Source: Calditrichaceae bacterium
GTDB lineage: Bacteria > Calditrichota > Calditrichia > Calditrichales > JBFXGD01
Direction of reading: 5' to 3'
NCBI GenBank assembly: GCA_050178385.1
Contig: JBFXGD010000130.1
Coordinates: 1-10,205, forward strand
Length of the DNA stretch: 10,205 bases
Shown here: positions 6,625 through 10,205 of the stretch, one piece after another
Numbering within the stretch: position 1 is the first letter of the stretch
Layout of the letters: every line of letters begins with the position of its first letter
Made by a program: the position numbers and the translations under genes
Notes under the pieces: model-generated
What the model saw: only the letters and a program-made list of their open reading frames with translations
Told to the model about the DNA's origin: nothing
Databases searched by the model: none

Positions 6625-7695
6625 TTAATTCTTATCAAGATTTATATGACCGCCAAAAAAATGTGCCGGATTGTAGCCCTTAGATTTGATCAAAGATTCA
6701 TTTTCTTTGATAAATTTTATTACCGATTCAATCGAGAGGGCATATGTGATTCCATAAAAAACTGAATCATAAGTTTGGACAAATGGGTCACCATCATAAC
6801 TATGAAGGGCATCGTAATCTGACATCTCAAAATTCTTGTCCGGGCTTAAGTAGTACATTGATTCCGCGGCAACAGCGCTCGCGATTCCTACAACTTCAAA
6901 ATTCGGCACACCATCCCGAACGGCGAATATCAATCCGCCGCTTATACCCCTTGGAGATACAGAATCAATTATAAACCCGTGCTTCTTATCCCGGTTCGGA
7001 CTGCTGACCATATTGTTTGAAACGATTTTCTTTCCCCTCGGGTATCCGATCAGATACACCCTTGTACCCCAGTCAAGCTCCTCAGCCCGGCCTGTGGGAT
7101 AACTTAAAACAGGAATGAGTTCAGCAGGACGGTCATATTCGAGATCAAAACCGATCAGCGCGATATCTTCTTCAGGATCAATGGCTATAATTTCAAAATT
7201 TTTATACGCCGGAACATCGTGAATATGATTACTCTGCCTCTCTTTTATCGACACATTTCTAATATATGGCGTGTCTTTGCCAAATTTATCCTTAAAATAA
7301 CTGAATACTGTATCCGGGAAATTTACAACATGGGCACAGGTGAGCATGGCTATCTTGTTATCTTCCGCGTAAATTATTGTCGCCGTACCCGTCGCCGGTT
7401 TTTCAAAAATATAGTGGTATGTCGCGTTCGTCCTGATATCATCAGATGACAGTCCTTCCTTTCTTAAATTTCTGTCGTCGTAAATATCATAGCTGCCATA
7501 AATTGCGAAAATACTTATTAATTTTACGCTTTTGGTGATTTTTACCAGATGTTCCGAAACCGGACGTGAGGGATATTCTGAATCATACTTGCCGTCAACA
7601 ATCTGATTACCCTCGTATCGGTGAATTCGATTCACACAGCTAACGGTTATCGCCAACAGAAAAAAGATGATCGTGTTTCTTAACAATCTTCGCAT
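6625..7695 (-). CDS. Trypsin-like (S1/PA clan) serine protease, probable lipoprotein
   Basis: Signal peptide MRRLLRNTIIFFLLAITVS|C. Triad motifs in the expected order: GTATII...MLTCAHVV (His), EEDIALI (Asp), RGISGG (Ser). Also VYLIGYP and EVVGI. GGAG at 7706-7703. Confidence 0.85.
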   Translation of the reverse strand: MRRLLRNTIIFFLLAITVSCVNRIHRYEGNQIVDGKYDSEYPSRPVSEHLVKITKSVKLISIFAIYGSYDIYDDRNLRKEGLSSDDIRTNATYHYIFEKPATGTATIIYAEDNKIAMLTCAHVVNFPDTVFSYFKDKFGKDTPYIRNVSIKERQSNHIHDVPAYKNFEIIAIDPEEDIALIGFDLEYDRPAELIPVLSYPTGRAEELDWGTRVYLIGYPRGKKIVSNNMVSSPNRDKKHGFIIDSVSPRGISGGLIFAVRDGVPNFEVVGIASAVAAESMYYLSPDKNFEMSDYDALHSYDGDPFVQTYDSVFYGITYALSIESVIKFIKENESLIKSKGYNPAHFFGGHINLDKN

Positions 7696-7914
7696 TTGGC
7701 TGCTCCCGGATTAAATTAACAGGGAATTAAATGCCGCGCCAATGTCACAGGCGGCATTGATTAAACAAATTCAATTTATCCTGTATTATTGTTTTTGTTT
7801 ATTTCAATACGTCCCATGACTAATATACGTATTCATCCCTATTATGTTTTATAATCAAAATATCAATGCTCTATGATGTTTCTTAAAAAATGGTGTCAGG
7901 ATTAATACCAAACG

Positions 7915-7946
7915 CAAAAAAGGCGGACACTATTGCATCCGCCTTT
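7915..7946 (-). terminator. Rho-independent terminator after the large lipoprotein gene (possibly bidirectional)
   Basis: Minus strand AAAGGCGGATGC-AATA-GTGTCCGCC followed by TTTTTT (stem includes G-U pairs), about 10 nt after the stop at 7956. A T-rich run also follows the stem on the plus strand. Confidence 0.88.
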
Positions 7947-7955
7947 ATTTTTTTA

Positions 7956-9371
7956 TCAGAATAAACTAATACTCGCCGACTCTCCGTCTGAACTTACTTC
8001 TGCCTGAGCCGAATCACTGAATGTTATCAGGTACGATTTCCCTTTGTAGAACAGTGTTCCCTGTCCGGTCTGATCCGGCGCGAAAGTATAATCTCCGGTA
8101 ATAAGCGCCGGATCCCCATTATCATATGCGGTTTCCGAGAGATATACTTCATAGTACAGATGAGAACTTCCGTCAAAATAAGATTCCGCCTCGAAGACAA
8201 TATAATAATTGTCCCGGGTTGTCCAGTTACCGCTGATTGTGTTTTCACTATCCCGCTCCTCAACGGTAATTGTACCGTGAGCTGAATTTGATTTTACTAT
8301 ATTCATTACTGTCGTTTTCACGCCGGATATATTTTGCACCGTAATTTCGGCGCTGGATGAGTCGATATTTCCGGATTCAAAATATATCGCTTCCTCCAAC
8401 AAAATATTCAGAATAGAATCGGGCAAGGTAATTTCTATCCCCGCTGAACGATAAATTTGATCAATATATGAACCTTCCGGAAAGTCGATCATTTCTGTAT
8501 AAGATCCGCTAAGATCGTCTTCAACACTGTCAAACGTTCCGGAAATGGATGTTCCGTTTCTCAGCATCTTTGAAAATTCACCTGTATGGTTGGCGTAAAA
8601 AGTAACGCTGTTATAGGCGGTTTTTCCATCCCGAAAGTCAAAATCTTCCCGCAAAGTGCCCGATTGATCTATATTTATCACCACTGCCTGGCGAAGATGA
8701 GATAGATTCATGCCTTCATTATAATAGGCATCCATGGAAGCTGTAAAACCTGTGACGTCATTCTCATCATAACCAGTTACCGTTAAAGCGGATTCGATAT
8801 AATTTATAAAAAATGAATCTCTAAAATTTTGAAGTTTATAAAGACTTACAATATAATCATCCGATTCATCTTCAAGTGTATAATTTGTGCTTATTTTAAT
8901 TTCACTGGAATCATACTCCATATTCATCCAGGTTGGAAATTGAAAAATCGTCTCATAAAATCTTGCGATCCCTGTTTCCGAATTGTAATAAAGCGCCTTA
9001 CGCACTCCAAAACCGGTCGACTGATTAACAGATTCCTCAAAATAGTACAGAGAATCCCCGGTTGTTTTGCTCAGACTCATCTGTTTTGGCAGATATTCCA
9101 CCGCCTCAATTCGCATATTCACAGCCTGTGTTTTCATCTTTTCGGCGCTGTTAATTTTTCCAATCGCCGCATCGCCCGTATAATCATTTTCACCGGTCAG
9201 TAATGAAATTTCATTACTGCTGCTCGCCATACGATTCACTTCCCATCCAACTGAAGCGGATTGTTCGACAACAGCGTCAATCTCCAGAGTCGCCTGCGTA
9301 GAAGTTGAATCATTTTCACAACCAAACATAAGAATTCCCGCCGATAAAAATATGATCAGCTTTGCTTTCAT
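7956..9371 (-). CDS. Hypothetical lipoprotein, 471 aa, acidic and beta-rich
   Basis: GGAGGA at 9383-9378 precedes ATG 9371. MKAKLIIFLSAGILMFG|C is a clear lipoprotein signal, so 9371 is preferred to the track start at 9470. No family recognised. Confidence 0.85.
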   Translation of the reverse strand: MKAKLIIFLSAGILMFGCENDSTSTQATLEIDAVVEQSASVGWEVNRMASSSNEISLLTGENDYTGDAAIGKINSAEKMKTQAVNMRIEAVEYLPKQMSLSKTTGDSLYYFEESVNQSTGFGVRKALYYNSETGIARFYETIFQFPTWMNMEYDSSEIKISTNYTLEDESDDYIVSLYKLQNFRDSFFINYIESALTVTGYDENDVTGFTASMDAYYNEGMNLSHLRQAVVINIDQSGTLREDFDFRDGKTAYNSVTFYANHTGEFSKMLRNGTSISGTFDSVEDDLSGSYTEMIDFPEGSYIDQIYRSAGIEITLPDSILNILLEEAIYFESGNIDSSSAEITVQNISGVKTTVMNIVKSNSAHGTITVEERDSENTISGNWTTRDNYYIVFEAESYFDGSSHLYYEVYLSETAYDNGDPALITGDYTFAPDQTGQGTLFYKGKSYLITFSDSAQAEVSSDGESASISLF

Positions 9372-9541
9372 GCCAAATCCTCCATTATGAAACTTAAAAA
9401 ATATACAAAACGAACCTTTTCTTTGATTAAAATAACGGAAGTGGATAATCATATCTATGATCTTCGACAACTTTATAATTTTGTGAAATTTTTGTGGATT
9501 AGCGTGGAAGCAGTAAAAAAAGGATGTATTGGCTTAGTGAT

Positions 9542-9582
9542 AAAAAAAACAATCCCGGGCTATGAAAGAATTACCGGGATTG
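9542..9582 (-). terminator. Rho-independent terminator after the right-edge gene
   Basis: Inverted repeat CAATCCCGG (9550-9558) / CCGGGATTG (9574-9582), followed on the minus strand by T8 (9549-9542), 11 nt after the stop at 9594. Confidence 0.88.
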
Positions 9583-9593
9583 CATTTAGAGTT

Positions 9594-10205
9594 TTATTTT
9601 ATTGCGAATCTTTGGAATCGTCCCTGGGAAATCAGCTTTTGCGCGTCTTCACCGGTGAGCTCAAATTTTATCTGCACACTTTCATTTTTTTGGATGATTT
9701 TAACTTTGTTAACGATATCCACCGCGTTACGGTCACCGCTTACAGATAATTTTATTGTTGCAAGAAAACCCTTCGCTGAATCAAAAAACAGCTCCGCGGT
9801 TTCCTTTTTGCCAAAGTTGCCCCATCCGTCAAATCTTAGTTCATCATCCATATCCATTGAGAAACTTAACTTTTCCACCGATTTAAGCGCGTCAAATCTT
9901 TGTAAATCATCAAAACGCTTCATCTCTGACATCATCTTATCGACGACGCCCTTTGGATTCAGGGTAAAATATAACCCGTTTTTATATTTTATATCCTTTA
10001 CTACGTCAAACCATTTGCCGCCCGGCTTCTTATACGCGCCGGCTTTTAATTTTTCTATCCACGATCTTACGGCTTGCTTATGCCCGAAAACAAACGTCTC
10101 CTGATCCGGAAAACAAAATTCGATTTCTTTATCGGCAAAAGAATATATTTTAATCCCTTCAAACTCTTTGCTGAGAATATCTGTTACATTCCTTTTTTGA
10201 TGGAT
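9594..10205 (-). CDS. Hypothetical protein, C-terminal part (5' end outside window)
   Basis: The frame of track ORF 9594..9935 stays open to the window edge: IHQKRNVTDILSKEFEGIKIYSFADKEIEFCFPDQETFVFGHKQAVRSWIEK...GVVDKMMSEMKRF. It is followed by a terminator. Confidence 0.85.
   Translation of the reverse strand: MHQKRNVTDILSKEFEGIKIYSFADKEIEFCFPDQETFVFGHKQAVRSWIEKLKAGAYKKPGGKWFDVVKDIKYKNGLYFTLNPKGVVDKMMSEMKRFDDLQRFDALKSVEKLSFSMDMDDELRFDGWGNFGKKETAELFFDSAKGFLATIKLSVSGDRNAVDIVNKVKIIQKNESVQIKFELTGEDAQKLISQGRFQRFAIK

Noticed and set aside
5391..7695. Phosphoesterase, trypsin-like protease and small helical protein as an anti-phage defence module
   Set aside because: The protease is an exported lipoprotein, the small gene is convergent, and there is no NTPase, nuclease, cyclase or mobile-element context.
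1931..8263. Remaining short track ORFs (1931, 2599, 3479, 4076, 4373, 4518, 5550, 5998, 6783, 7219, 8027)
   Set aside because: All overlap well-supported genes and show no recognisable motifs.
9562..10104. 180-aa plus-strand ORF, plus 9387..9749 and 8829..9203
   Set aside because: Antisense to real minus-strand genes. The S/F/L-rich composition is typical of shadow frames, and the first two overlap a terminator.

Overview
Gene-dense bacterial chromosomal window with ten protein-coding genes and no RNA genes, CRISPR array or mobile element that I can support. A secreted enzyme with a 'NYPNPFNP...WDGKN..G..LPSGVYF' tail suggests an FCB-related lineage such as Calditrichota, KSB1 or Ignavibacteria (inference). 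Gene order: (-) FecR-domain secreted protein fused to a probable beta-barrel, cut by the left edge and missing from the ORF track; (+) PQQ-dependent glucose/sorbosone dehydrogenase with T9SS/FlgD-Ig C-terminal domain; (+) DUF4097-type DDGSG-repeat protein; (+) Ada-like AraC-HTH/O6-methylguanine methyltransferase and AlkA-like glycosylase (alkylation repair pair); (+) stand-alone RsbRD_N/globin-like protein; (-) metallophosphoesterase; (-) trypsin-like lipoprotein; (-) large acidic orphan lipoprotein; (-) hypothetical protein cut by the right edge. Two clear intrinsic terminators are present. I found no convincing new multi-gene system. The best leads are the FecR/barrel fusion, a 15-bp inverted repeat pair bracketing the RsbRD_N-like gene, the Ada-like protein lacking its Zn sensor domain, and the orphan lipoprotein.
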